Notes under the pieces: generated by a model
What the model saw: only the letters and a program-made list of their open reading frames with translations
Database searches by the model: none
What the model was told of the DNA's origin: nothing
Position numbers and translations under genes: made by a program
DNA from: Promethearchaeota archaeon
GTDB taxonomy: Archaea; Asgardarchaeota; Lokiarchaeia; Sigyniarchaeales; SOKP01
Length of the DNA stretch: 64,000 nt
NCBI GenBank assembly: GCA_048939995.1
Contig: JBHLOY010000001.1
Coordinates: 471,265-535,264 of the forward strand
Direction: 5' to 3'
Part shown: piece after piece, positions 1 to 9,239 of the stretch
Layout: each line of letters begins with the position of its first letter
How positions within the stretch are numbered: the stretch's first letter is position 1

Positions 1-324
1 TATCTTGATGACAATCCAATAGATATCTCAAAAGTCGAATTTGAAGTTGAGAAACTAAAAGAAAGATTTTTCATATATCACAAAGGCGAAGAATTTAGAA
101 TAGATGACCTAATAAAGGGAAAATTAGCAGGAAGATTGATTGCATTAGGTGATACTATAGAAATTCTTATAAAAGTAGATAGAGAGACTATCACTAAATT
201 TTCTGAGGGGAAGCACAAACTCGCACTAGAATCGGAATTAGTGCCGAAATTAGAATTTCACTTCGAATTAAATCATAAGAATATGAATAAAAAATTAGAT
301 GAAGTTATCTCATATTTTAAATAA
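1..324 (+). CDS. hypothetical protein, 5'-truncated by window edge
   Basis: Frame 1 is open from base 1 (YLDDNPIDISK...) through the listed 136..324 ORF. Confidence 0.6.
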   Translation, partial: YLDDNPIDISKVEFEVEKLKERFFIYHKGEEFRIDDLIKGKLAGRLIALGDTIEILIKVDRETITKFSEGKHKLALESELVPKLEFHFELNHKNMNKKLDEVISYFK

Positions 325-396
325 TACTTTTTGATTCCATATTCTATTCTTCATTCTATTTTAAAGGAGTTTTTATTTTCAAATCTAAAATAATTA

Positions 397-921
397 TTGG
401 GGAGATATATATTGGAAATAATTGAAGAAAAAGTAAATTCTCAAAATAATGAAATGACAATATCAATTAGATGTCCAGTTTGTAAACTAAAAAAAGACTT
501 AAGATTTCCTAAATCTGTTATAAATCAAGCAAAGCAGCTTACTACAATATCTATTCCAAAAGATTTAATATGTGAACATCACTTCCAAGCTTTTGTAGAT
601 AAAAATTTTGTTGTACGTGGATATCAGAAAGTAGATTTTGAATATGAAGTTAAATTTAAAAACTCCTTACCGAATAGTAATGGCAGAGAATTTTCTGAAT
701 ATATAGTTATCGAAGAAAATTACCTTGCTTCTAAGCCAAAAGATAATCAAATTATCATTGAAAGAAAAATTAGAAACAATTTCGAAAATCAATCGAAATT
801 GAAGATGAATCGAGAAGATATTTACAATGAATTTTGGGATTTTATTGACGAAAAAAATAAAGATTTTCAAGATTTCATTAAAAGCGATAAGAGGCGAAGT
901 AATTTAGAAAAATTCTATTAA
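397..921 (+). CDS. hypothetical Zn-binding protein (CPxC...CEHHF...RGYQ type)
   Basis: CPVC and CEHHFQAFVDKNFVVRGYQKVDF motifs. Confidence 0.7.
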   Translation: MGRYILEIIEEKVNSQNNEMTISIRCPVCKLKKDLRFPKSVINQAKQLTTISIPKDLICEHHFQAFVDKNFVVRGYQKVDFEYEVKFKNSLPNSNGREFSEYIVIEENYLASKPKDNQIIIERKIRNNFENQSKLKMNREDIYNEFWDFIDEKNKDFQDFIKSDKRRSNLEKFY

Positions 922-932
922 TTTTTTTTTAT

Positions 933-1151
933 TTATTTATTCCATTTTCTTAATTTATATCGTTGATACCCTCTGTTGATTTTAAAAGGTTTCTCTGAGT
1001 GATTAAAGAAACAATTTGGACAATGTATTGAAAATAGATGATTATTCCAAAAATTAAGTGCCCGTTTCTGAGACAAAGAAGGATTATCTCGACAGAATTC
1101 TTTAAAACTCATTGTTTTATTACAATCAATACATTTTCTTACTTTTTTCAT
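933..1151 (-). CDS. small CxxC...W...CxxC Zn-finger protein
   Basis: CIDC and CPNC pairs; same pattern as 62873..63334. Confidence 0.65.
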   Translation of the reverse strand: MKKVRKCIDCNKTMSFKEFCRDNPSLSQKRALNFWNNHLFSIHCPNCFFNHSEKPFKINRGYQRYKLRKWNK

Positions 1152-1292
1152 GATAAATAAGAAATCTATTTTAAATAGATTATATTCCCTAGATTTTTAT
1201 ATGAAAGGGAGGTAGATTTTTTTAATTTTTTGAGTATAATATTAGTAGTATACTACTCCACGGTCGAGAATGAGTAGATTTCAGTCTATAAA

Positions 1293-1430
1293 TGCCAAGG
1301 GAGGGAGTCCCAAAAAAGCACGAAAAGGGCTTATTTTTTGAACCCTCGATACCCAGATCTTCAGTCTGGTGCGTTCATACCCAAAATAGGAGGTTAAAGC
1401 TCCTACAATTCCGGGCTACGCCACCTTGGC
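1293..1430 (-). tRNA. tRNA-Phe(GAA) with two introns (D-loop 1377-1410, 34 nt; T-loop 1307-1336, 30 nt)
   Basis: Acceptor GCCAAGG/CCUUGGC-A; anticodon arm CCAGA-CUGAAGA-UCUGG; T arm GAGGG/CCCUC; removing both inserts gives a 74-nt cloverleaf with D-loop AGCCCGGGA and T-loop UUCAAAU. Confidence 0.92.
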
Positions 1431-1556
1431 GAATCTAATATTTTTTCGAATTTCAGTATTTCAAAATTCGTAATTTAAAAAGTATAAAATCTCATATAAA
1501 GTTTTTTAGAACGAATCTTGTGGATATATCCATTTTTAACTGAATTAATAGTGCAT

Positions 1557-2300
1557 CTATTTTCTTAAAATGATTGATCTTCTTTCCTTCGAGAGCTTTT
1601 CACTTCCATATCTAAGAATTAATCGAGTGAATTTATCTTTATTTTTTATTAGATAAGCAAAAATTTGATCAGGATCAATATTTGAACATGTCTTAATAAG
1701 CCAGCCTATACCTTTCTCAATATAATTTTCATTTGAATAAGGGAGCATTTTTTGTACAAGATTATTTAAACATGCCATTTCAATTTGTTTTTTTACCATG
1801 TAGATTTTAAGTAATGTAACCATTGAGCCCCTTTTTATCCAAAGATTTTTCGAATCAGACCAATCCTTAATCATTTGTTTAGCTAATTCTTCATTCCCTT
1901 TCTTAGCTAGAAATGGACCTAAAACTCTAATACAAGTGCTATCTAACACACTCCAAGTGTGACAATGTTTAGTTAATTCATCATAAAACAGTGTTATTAT
2001 TTTTTCATTGAAGAATTTTTTGAATCGATTTAAGAAAAGAAAACCAGCAAATTTTTCTTCTTCAATATTAGTGCTTATTAGTTCCTTAAATATTTCAATC
2101 GCTTCTGTGAAGGTGATATTAAAATTAGTTGAGACATTTCTTACTATTTTATCGATTATTGCAACCCTAATACCATAAATCTTATAGGGTTCAATATCTG
2201 GATTTATTACTTTATATAATCTTGATTTTTGTTGATCAGTTAAATCGGGTTTATTATTTTGTATTAGTCTTCTAATCTCTTCAATAATTATTTTAGTCAT
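1557..2300 (-). CDS. DNA alkylation repair protein (AlkD-like HEAT repeat)
   Basis: YGIRV, TWSVLD, W..S.NLWIKR and YIEKGIGWLIK motifs. Confidence 0.8.
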   Translation of the reverse strand: MTKIIIEEIRRLIQNNKPDLTDQQKSRLYKVINPDIEPYKIYGIRVAIIDKIVRNVSTNFNITFTEAIEIFKELISTNIEEEKFAGFLFLNRFKKFFNEKIITLFYDELTKHCHTWSVLDSTCIRVLGPFLAKKGNEELAKQMIKDWSDSKNLWIKRGSMVTLLKIYMVKKQIEMACLNNLVQKMLPYSNENYIEKGIGWLIKTCSNIDPDQIFAYLIKNKDKFTRLILRYGSEKLSKERRSIILRK

Positions 2301-2349
2301 ATATAAATCATTAATCTCTTTTTTAATATGGGGCTTAAATGATGTTAGA

Positions 2350-3039
2350 TTAAGTAAAAAAATTAAAAATCATTGGAATGCCATAAAATATAAACCAGAT
2401 TAAAATTCCGATAATTAATAGCCACTTTATTAAAATATCGATATCTTTTCCTTTTTTAAATAGATTTTTCACTACTTGTTTGCCATAAAGTTTAATAGTT
2501 TTTAATACCGTTATATGATCAAGAGCACTAATGATTGAATCGGCAAAACCAAATGGAAGCATAGAGATAATATTACCTCGTGCATATTCGAGCATCCATG
2601 CCTCTTCTTTGATGCAATAATGTTTTACAATGCTAGGAGGAAGATATGCCACAGATCCAGGCTTATGGACCTCTTTCTTAAAATGCCCAGTATACTCACA
2701 TAACATTTCTCCTGTAAATATAAAATCGAAAACTTCTGCTTTATATCGACCTGAATGTCCATTAGAACCTATATTTGTCCCAAAAATTATTAAATATTCT
2801 CGAAACGATCCGTGGAGTACAGTCATTTGACCCATTGCCCCTCCAGCAAAATTGAAAACCCAGTTTTGCTTTGTTTCAATGTACCCAGGATATTCTTCAG
2901 CTAAAGCTTTAATAATAATATCAAATGCCTCTTTTTTAGGATGACCTATCCCCCTCTTTGCAATATCCCACAATTTTCTTGGATCAAAAATACAATGCTT
3001 CTTTTTATCCAAAAATCGTGTTCTTTTCTTCTTTCTCAT
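2350..3039 (-). CDS. ERG2/sigma-1 receptor family protein
   Basis: WVFNFAGGAMGQMTVLHGSFREYLIIFGT..GHSGRY and WMLEYARG..SMLPFGFAD motifs; C-terminal TM helix. Confidence 0.85.
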   Translation of the reverse strand: MRKKKRTRFLDKKKHCIFDPRKLWDIAKRGIGHPKKEAFDIIIKALAEEYPGYIETKQNWVFNFAGGAMGQMTVLHGSFREYLIIFGTNIGSNGHSGRYKAEVFDFIFTGEMLCEYTGHFKKEVHKPGSVAYLPPSIVKHYCIKEEAWMLEYARGNIISMLPFGFADSIISALDHITVLKTIKLYGKQVVKNLFKKGKDIDILIKWLLIIGILIWFIFYGIPMIFNFFT

Positions 3040-3087
3040 GCTAATCGATTAAATTGAATTAAATTAGAATAATCTATAATCTTTCAA

Positions 3088-4269
3088 TTAACTAAAAAAT
3101 CTTTCTAAACCATGATTCTCCTTGATCTTGTCTAAATATGGTTTAACAAATGCAACTACATCTTTTGAGAAATTCTTCAATTCTGATAATTTTTCTCGCT
3201 TATATATGTTAACAATTGATTCCTTTAGATTGTTTAGATTTAAACCCGCCCATTTCATGTTATTATTTTGTTTTCCAGTTTTTACACTATCGATATATTC
3301 CCTATTTAGCAGAATCTCAGAGAGTCTATAATTCCATTTCCTATAATCACTTGGAATCCAACGTTTAATTCGAACGTCTAAGTCATAATCTTGGCATAAT
3401 TTATATAACTTTAGATGACATTCTCGAGTATAATTAGCAGGCGGGTGCATTCTCCCCTTATATAATTCTAAAATTGGTCTAACAACACTACTATACTTGC
3501 TTTGTTTTAACTTATCGATGAAGAATTGTGCTTGAGCATCTCTTAAGGTTAATCCTGGAGAAAATAAAATAAATTTAGCACCAGCTTTTTTAGATTGTTT
3601 AATTACATCCTCTAAGTTATCATCATCATCTTCTAAGTATGGGATAATGGGGATAAAGTAAGTGCCAACTTGTATTTCAGGAACTTGTTGTTTAATAATG
3701 TGGATTGCTTTCAAACGTTCATATGGACTAGAGGAATAAGGTTCTAAAAATTTAGCCAACTCTTCATTTGTTGTAGTGATAGAGAATCCAATTGTACACC
3801 ATGTGTCTTTAGCAATTTGCTTTAAGATATCAATGTCTCTTATTATTAGATTTGATTTGGTGGCTATGTTTACAGGAAATTTATATTTTGTCAATATTTC
3901 TAGAATTCTTCTGGTGTTTAGAACTTCTTTTTCAGCTGGTTGATATGCATCACATACACCTCCAGGTCCAACAACATCGGGTAGTAAAGTACGAGCTCTC
4001 GTTATCCTATTTTCTAGTTTTTTATCTAGCCCTATTTTTACAATTATTTCACTTTCAAAATCTTGCTCTAAATAATATCTCTGACTTCTTGCATCACAAT
4101 ATATACAAGTATGAGCACATCCAGAATAAGGATTGATTGTATATCTTGCCCAAAACCATGAGTCAGGATATTTTAACTTGTTTAAAGTGGATTTAAACTC
4201 TTTATAAGTTATTTTGAATTTATTCGTCATTTCATTGTATAAAATTTGATATTGCTGAATAATAAACAA
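3088..4269 (-). CDS. radical SAM protein (SplB/Rv2578c-like, putative DNA repair)
   Basis: INPYSGCAHTCIYCDA (CxxxCxxC), DAYQPAE and TKS motifs; true start probably the ATG at ~4230. Confidence 0.85.
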   Translation of the reverse strand: MFIIQQYQILYNEMTNKFKITYKEFKSTLNKLKYPDSWFWARYTINPYSGCAHTCIYCDARSQRYYLEQDFESEIIVKIGLDKKLENRITRARTLLPDVVGPGGVCDAYQPAEKEVLNTRRILEILTKYKFPVNIATKSNLIIRDIDILKQIAKDTWCTIGFSITTTNEELAKFLEPYSSSPYERLKAIHIIKQQVPEIQVGTYFIPIIPYLEDDDDNLEDVIKQSKKAGAKFILFSPGLTLRDAQAQFFIDKLKQSKYSSVVRPILELYKGRMHPPANYTRECHLKLYKLCQDYDLDVRIKRWIPSDYRKWNYRLSEILLNREYIDSVKTGKQNNNMKWAGLNLNNLKESIVNIYKREKLSELKNFSKDVVAFVKPYLDKIKENHGLERFFS

Positions 4270-4663
4270 AAAAATTTAAGATTGTTGCCCAGAAGAAAAA
4301 GATTGAATATTAGGAAAAAACGCCCTTTTAATATTAATGAAGAAGTGATTAAAATATGGAAATGGAAAAAAATATTCTGGGGGCGCTTTTTCGATCTCTA
4401 CATACAATTATGTAAATTTAACTTTTTGCATTAATTTTTAAAAATATAATTTAATTTTTTAATATTTTAATAATTTTAGGTCTTTATTTTGCAAGAATTT
4501 TTTAAAAAATATTTCGCGATATATTCTTTAAATATCCATATCAATTATATGATTCGGAATTTCGTTAAAGGTCAATTCAGAGTCTGATTTCAATGTAAAT
4601 TCATTTGAAATTTACTCATCTTTTCTCCTCTTCTAAATATATAAATACAATATTGTAAGGATA

Positions 4664-4840
4664 TTATGTGTCATAATCTGATTCGTGGAATTCGTCTCCA
4701 ATTTCTCCCATTTCCTCATCCTCATCATTTTTCTCATTCCAGTCCCTGTCTTCTTCTTTTGTTTTGGCTTCCTCGCGATTCTTACTTATCTCATTCCATT
4801 TATCAACTTTAAATTGCTTTTTACCTTTATTTTTTTTCAT
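4664..4840 (-). CDS. small 58-aa protein with basic N-terminus and acidic C-terminus
   Basis: Read by hand: MKKNKGKKQFKVDKWNEISKNREEAKTKEEDRDWNEKNDEDEEMGEIGDEFHESDYDT*. Confidence 0.5.
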   Translation of the reverse strand: MKKNKGKKQFKVDKWNEISKNREEAKTKEEDRDWNEKNDEDEEMGEIGDEFHESDYDT

Positions 4841-5311
4841 AATTGTCTCTCTTAAGTATTTATTCTACTATGCATTTCAAATTTTAATTTACAATTTTAA
4901 GTATGAGTGGTTTAAATTATAAGATTTCTAAAAATTTTAATTACTCTGATCCAAAAATAATTTTAATAGAATACACTTTATAATTATCTTAACACATTAT
5001 AAATGTAATATATCTTTTTCCACTTTCTTTCCTATATTTAGTATCTCCCTCCTCCGTGGTGCCCCCTCCTAATAATAGGAATTAATAGAATTTATTAATA
5101 ACAATTTATCCTTAAAACTGTCTTTATGGTTTAATTTCTATTTTTAAAAATAAATATCATACTTATATATAAGGTTTAACGTGAAATTAAGGTTTCACGA
5201 AATTGTAGAATAAATATGAGCTGTATCGATGATTTCACGATGCATTAATATAAATGCTAATTAAAAAATCGTCTGATTAAATGAATCTTAATAAATTTAA
5301 AAAAAGTAGAA

Positions 5312-5411
5312 TGCGTCGTCCGGGGATTGAACCCGGGTCACCGGCTTGGAAGGCCGAGATCCTACCATTTTCCTCCATTATATACTCTAATCGGATCTAG
5401 ACCAACGACGC
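5312..5411 (-). tRNA. tRNA-Gly(UCC) with a ~29-nt D-loop intron (approx. 5368-5396)
   Basis: Acceptor GCGUCGU/ACGACGC-A; anticodon loop CUUCCAA; T arm CCGGG-UUCAAUC-CCCGG; removing the insert gives a 71-nt cloverleaf. Confidence 0.92.
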
Positions 5412-5477
5412 ATAGTTAGGATAAATAGTATGATAAAAAAGAAAACATTTCTTATAACTTTACTGCTTTCTTGAACT

Positions 5478-6152
5478 TCATTTAATATCATTTACAATTT
5501 CATAAAAGCTAATAACTTTACTTACAACGATCCAAGCATCTAAAGAGTATTTGGAAATTGAAATGATTTTTTTGCTTAATTCCAAGATATTTTCTGAAAA
5601 CCCTCCTTTTTGGAAACCCCCTATTATTGTTATATAATTTTTAGAGAGATCATCTCGGAATAAATCTAGATGATGTTCTATTAGATTGCCTTTACTTGAG
5701 AAAATTAAGACTTCTTTCTTTTTAATTGAATCTACCAAATGTGAGATATCTTGTTTAAGTTCTTTTATCAGAAATGTATGATTAAATTTGATATTCCCAT
5801 CTATTAATAACTTTGCTATTAAACCTTTAAATCTATTGTAATTGCGAGTAATTCTTATCTCAGGATTGATTTCAAAAATACGATTATTTATTGTGTGAAA
5901 ATAAATTTTTAGTAGTTTGTTTTTGCTTAGTGGAGAACCTAAAGCATTAAGAAGACAATTATGAAGAATATCCGGGCGTCCTCTCTTCTCAAAATTTCTT
6001 AATCTTACCATAGCAGAGTGATGTAAAGAGTTATCTAAAACTTGGGAAGCGTAATTCTTACTTTTGATATTTTTTTTTACAGAAGGGTGATCTCTTATTT
6101 CTTTGGGGATTAATTCCAATCCACAATCCACTAGAATTAAGTTTAGGACCAT
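5478..6152 (-). CDS. nep1: 16S rRNA pseudouridine N1-methyltransferase Nep1/Emg1
   Basis: LDNSLHHSAM, RGRPDILH, RNYNRFKGL and IGGFQKG motifs. Confidence 0.92.
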   Translation of the reverse strand: MVLNLILVDCGLELIPKEIRDHPSVKKNIKSKNYASQVLDNSLHHSAMVRLRNFEKRGRPDILHNCLLNALGSPLSKNKLLKIYFHTINNRIFEINPEIRITRNYNRFKGLIAKLLIDGNIKFNHTFLIKELKQDISHLVDSIKKKEVLIFSSKGNLIEHHLDLFRDDLSKNYITIIGGFQKGGFSENILELSKKIISISKYSLDAWIVVSKVISFYEIVNDIK

Positions 6153-6193
6153 GATATAATTTTAATATGATTTTATTTTAATATTAAAGGAAA

Positions 6194-6541
6194 TTAAACA
6201 ATTTTAGTTAAATTTTTTTTTGTTTTAATATAATAACGCGTTGTTTTATTACACTCTAAACATGTCATGGAGATGTGGGTTGCTTTCTTAAGAGAGTGTA
6301 ATCTTATTCGGCAATTTAATCCGGGATAGAGAAAAGTCTTACATTTATGACATATTCTTCTTTTCCAATCTTTTGAGATTTCAATTTTTGCTCTTTGAGA
6401 ATAGCGTCTTGCTAAATATACATATCTATTTGCTAAATCTTTTTGATCTGGAAAAATCTCATGAGCTTTTTTAAGTAAGAAATTTATTCTTACTTCTGCC
6501 AGTTGTTTTACGATTCCTCTATCTTTTCTTTTTTTAACCAT
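6194..6541 (-). CDS. rnp4: RNase P protein component 4 (Rpp21)
   Basis: LANRYV.LA; KRRICHKC...PG...RIR...CLEC. Confidence 0.92.
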   Translation of the reverse strand: MVKKRKDRGIVKQLAEVRINFLLKKAHEIFPDQKDLANRYVYLARRYSQRAKIEISKDWKRRICHKCKTFLYPGLNCRIRLHSLKKATHISMTCLECNKTTRYYIKTKKNLTKIV

Positions 6542-6837
6542 TAAATCCCTTTATGAGAACGCTTCAATTCCTTTTTATTAATTGCCATTTTTGATAGTAT
6601 AAATTGTTTACCTCGGATATCCAAAACATATGAGTTTGTTAACCTAGAGATTTCATTTGCTAAATTATTAATATCAGAAGTTCTTGCAATCGATTTTAAG
6701 ACTTTAATTTTTATGATTTTATTCTGTTTTATTAATTTAACTACATTTGCTATGAAATCATCTGTAATACCACTTTTTCCCAAATTACAATGAGCTCTTG
6801 ATAATAATACCTTCTTAAATTCTTCTCGGTAATCCAT
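6541..6837 (-). CDS. YhbY/CRM-domain RNA-binding protein
   Basis: LGKSGIT, IIKIKVLK and DIRG motifs; adjacent to rpp21. Confidence 0.85.
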   Translation of the reverse strand: MDYREEFKKVLLSRAHCNLGKSGITDDFIANVVKLIKQNKIIKIKVLKSIARTSDINNLANEISRLTNSYVLDIRGKQFILSKMAINKKELKRSHKGI

Positions 6838-6934
6838 TATCCCAAAATCCTTAAAATACCAAAAAATTTTTAATTTATTTAATCTTTTTACATCTAATAA
6901 ATAATATTAAAGAAAGATTTAATTAAAGATTAGC

Positions 6935-7354
6935 ATGTCTATATATATCATTGAACCAGCAAAACTCATTAAATCAATCGCCGAAAAATTAAAGGAATAC
7001 CCTGAAATTAAACCTCCAGAAGGAAGTCAATTTTGGAAAACAGCATATTTTAAGGAATTAGCTCCAACAGATTCAGAAAATTTCTGGTATGTTCGATGTG
7101 CTTCAATTTTGCGAAAAGTAAGAAAATATGGCCCTATTGGAGTCAATAAACTTAGAAAGTATTATGGCGGGAGAAGTCGGAAAGGCAGAGGATTGCATCA
7201 TAGTAAAAGAGGGAGTGGCAAAATTATTAGGGTTGCACTTCAACAATTAGAAAACGCTAATTTAATATTAAGAGAAGAAAAGACGGGAAGGATAGTTTCA
7301 CCAGATGGAATTAGTCTTTTAGAAAGAACTGCCCATAATTTGTTGAGAAAATAA
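6935..7354 (+). CDS. rps19e: 30S ribosomal protein eS19
   Basis: KELAP..WYVRCASILRK, YGGR and GSGKIIRVALQQLE motifs. Confidence 0.97.
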   Translation: MSIYIIEPAKLIKSIAEKLKEYPEIKPPEGSQFWKTAYFKELAPTDSENFWYVRCASILRKVRKYGPIGVNKLRKYYGGRSRKGRGLHHSKRGSGKIIRVALQQLENANLILREEKTGRIVSPDGISLLERTAHNLLRK

Positions 7355-7382
7355 TTTTTAAAAAATTCTCTAGGGATTATAA

Positions 7383-7724
7383 TTGAGTGATGAGGAACAA
7401 TTAAAAAATATTAGAAAAAAAAAATTGGCAGAGTTACAACAACAAGCAATCCAAAATCAGATAGCAGAACAGCAACAAAGAGAATATGAAACCAAGAAAT
7501 ATCAACTTATGAGATTAATTTTAAGCCCAGAAGGAAGACAAAGATTAGAAAATATTAGAATGATAAAACCTCAATATGCAGAACAAATAGAATTACAATT
7601 AATTCAATTGTACCAAGCAGGAAGATTAAAAGGAGCTACACCATTACCAGACAAAGCATTTAAGAAATTATTAGAACAATTATCCTCCATGGAAAATAAA
7701 AAAGAATTTAAAATTAAGAAATAA
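7383..7724 (+). CDS. PDCD5-like DNA-binding protein
   Basis: ILSPEGRQRLENIRMIKP..AEQIELQLIQL; conserved position after rps19e. Confidence 0.9.
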   Translation: MSDEEQLKNIRKKKLAELQQQAIQNQIAEQQQREYETKKYQLMRLILSPEGRQRLENIRMIKPQYAEQIELQLIQLYQAGRLKGATPLPDKAFKKLLEQLSSMENKKEFKIKK

Positions 7725-7741
7725 ATATTTGGTTAAACAAC

Positions 7742-7903
7742 ATGGCAAGAAATAAAGATTTACCTTCAAAATTAAGAAGAGCTAAAAATTCTAAACAATC
7801 GAAATCTGTCCCTAATTGGGTAATAAGGCGTACTAAGGGACGAGTAAGATCTAGTCCATACTCTAGGCGAGAGTGGAGAAACACTCGCTTAAAGAGGGAT
7901 TAA
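7742..7903 (+). CDS. rpl39e: 50S ribosomal protein eL39 (absent from ORF track)
   Basis: Read by hand: MARNKDLPSKLRRAKNSKQSKSVPNWVIRRTKGRVRSSPYSRREWRNTRLKRD*. Confidence 0.93.
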   Translation: MARNKDLPSKLRRAKNSKQSKSVPNWVIRRTKGRVRSSPYSRREWRNTRLKRD

Positions 7904-7930
7904 ACCCAAACTTAAAAAAGAGGATTTTAT

Positions 7931-8386
7931 ATGGCTAAAAAGAAGAGTAAGGAAGTAAGTTTAGATGATTTAGAAGAAGAACTTACAGAAGAAACATCTG
8001 AAGAACTAGAAGAGATTGAAGAAATAGAAGAGTTCAGTTTAGAAGAAACAGTTGAGGGAGAAGAAATTAGTGAAGTATTTGAAGAAGCGATAGAAGAAAT
8101 TGAAGAAGTTGAAGAGGAAGCCCCAAAAGAAGAAATCATCGATGAAAGGATTTATATTATTCCCTTAACAAAAGCAAGAAGAGGTCCGCGTACAAAATGG
8201 GCTAAAAAAAGTGTTAGATTTCTGAGAGAATTTATGGAACGTCATTTCAAACCTGAAGCTTTGATCATTTCACAAGAAGTTAACGAAGCTATTTGGAAAA
8301 GAGGTATTATGCATCCACCACGAAAACTTAAAGTTCGTGCAACAAAAAATATAGATGGGTTAGTTGTAGTTTACTTAAGCAAGTAA
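7931..8386 (+). CDS. rpl31e: 50S ribosomal protein eL31 with long acidic N-terminal extension
   Basis: ERIYIIPL and VNEAIWKRGI.HPPRKLKV motifs. Confidence 0.93.
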   Translation: MAKKKSKEVSLDDLEEELTEETSEELEEIEEIEEFSLEETVEGEEISEVFEEAIEEIEEVEEEAPKEEIIDERIYIIPLTKARRGPRTKWAKKSVRFLREFMERHFKPEALIISQEVNEAIWKRGIMHPPRKLKVRATKNIDGLVVVYLSK

Positions 8387-8446
8387 AAGTTACTTAGTTT
8401 TAAATACCTGTTTTTCTGATTTTTAACTAAAGATTGGATTAATAAA

Positions 8447-9226
8447 ATGTCTAGACCTGAACAACATGGCGCCTATTCACTTATAATCTACTACATAATT
8501 TTTGTGATATGGAAAGACACTTTTATTTTACCTCCACTTCTCACGTTTTTAATAATTTTTTTTGGAATATTTCCTGATTTTGATACATTATATTGGATTA
8601 TTAAAAGCCAAAAAGCAAAAAATTCTGGTACAGAATATCAACATCATTTTCATTATTGGACTCACTGGCCCTTAAGTTACGCTCCTTTAGTTATCGCTTT
8701 AGTATTTAGTATTATATTCAATTTTTATATTGAATATTTCCTAGTCCCTATTATAGGTGTTTATATTGGGCACTTTATTTTTGATTCAATTTCATCTGGA
8801 GATGGAATAATGTGGGGAAAAATTCCTTGGAAAAAAGCAAGATTTGCCCGTTACATTAATTTATTTCGAAGTGTTTCAGATGGTTATCATGGTCGATACT
8901 GGGATGTAAGATATCGAAAAACATTAGTGTGTAAAATAGGTTATGTTGCTGTTATTATTGCAATAATATTAATCTGCTTTTTTCAAATCTACACCATTTT
9001 GGATGGTTGGTATCTTTTTTCAATAATTTTTTTATTTGTTATGTTAATAGTTGGATTAAAAAAGAGTCCTAAGCTTTATTTAGAAGAACCTCCCGAAGGT
9101 CGATATGCCGATTATAGGATTAGTATTGGGTATATAAATGGTTTAAGCGAAAAGAATCGAAATAAACATGTAAAAAAGTATTTTGATTTGTTAAAATCAA
9201 AGGGAATTCTAGCTAAAATTAAATAA
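8447..9226 (+). CDS. membrane-bound metal-dependent hydrolase (YdjM-like)
   Basis: TM helices; PDFD, HH..WTH and HFIFD motifs. Confidence 0.7.
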   Translation: MSRPEQHGAYSLIIYYIIFVIWKDTFILPPLLTFLIIFFGIFPDFDTLYWIIKSQKAKNSGTEYQHHFHYWTHWPLSYAPLVIALVFSIIFNFYIEYFLVPIIGVYIGHFIFDSISSGDGIMWGKIPWKKARFARYINLFRSVSDGYHGRYWDVRYRKTLVCKIGYVAVIIAIILICFFQIYTILDGWYLFSIIFLFVMLIVGLKKSPKLYLEEPPEGRYADYRISIGYINGLSEKNRNKHVKKYFDLLKSKGILAKIK

Positions 9227-9239
9227 AAATTAAAAAAAA

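Noticed and set aside
1244-1257. Perfect palindrome AGTAGTATACTACT downstream of tRNA-Phe, and hairpin ACATCCT-CAT-AGGATGT near 16282
   Set aside because: Short isolated dyads in AT-rich DNA with no other support, and no tRNA 3' duplication indicating an att site
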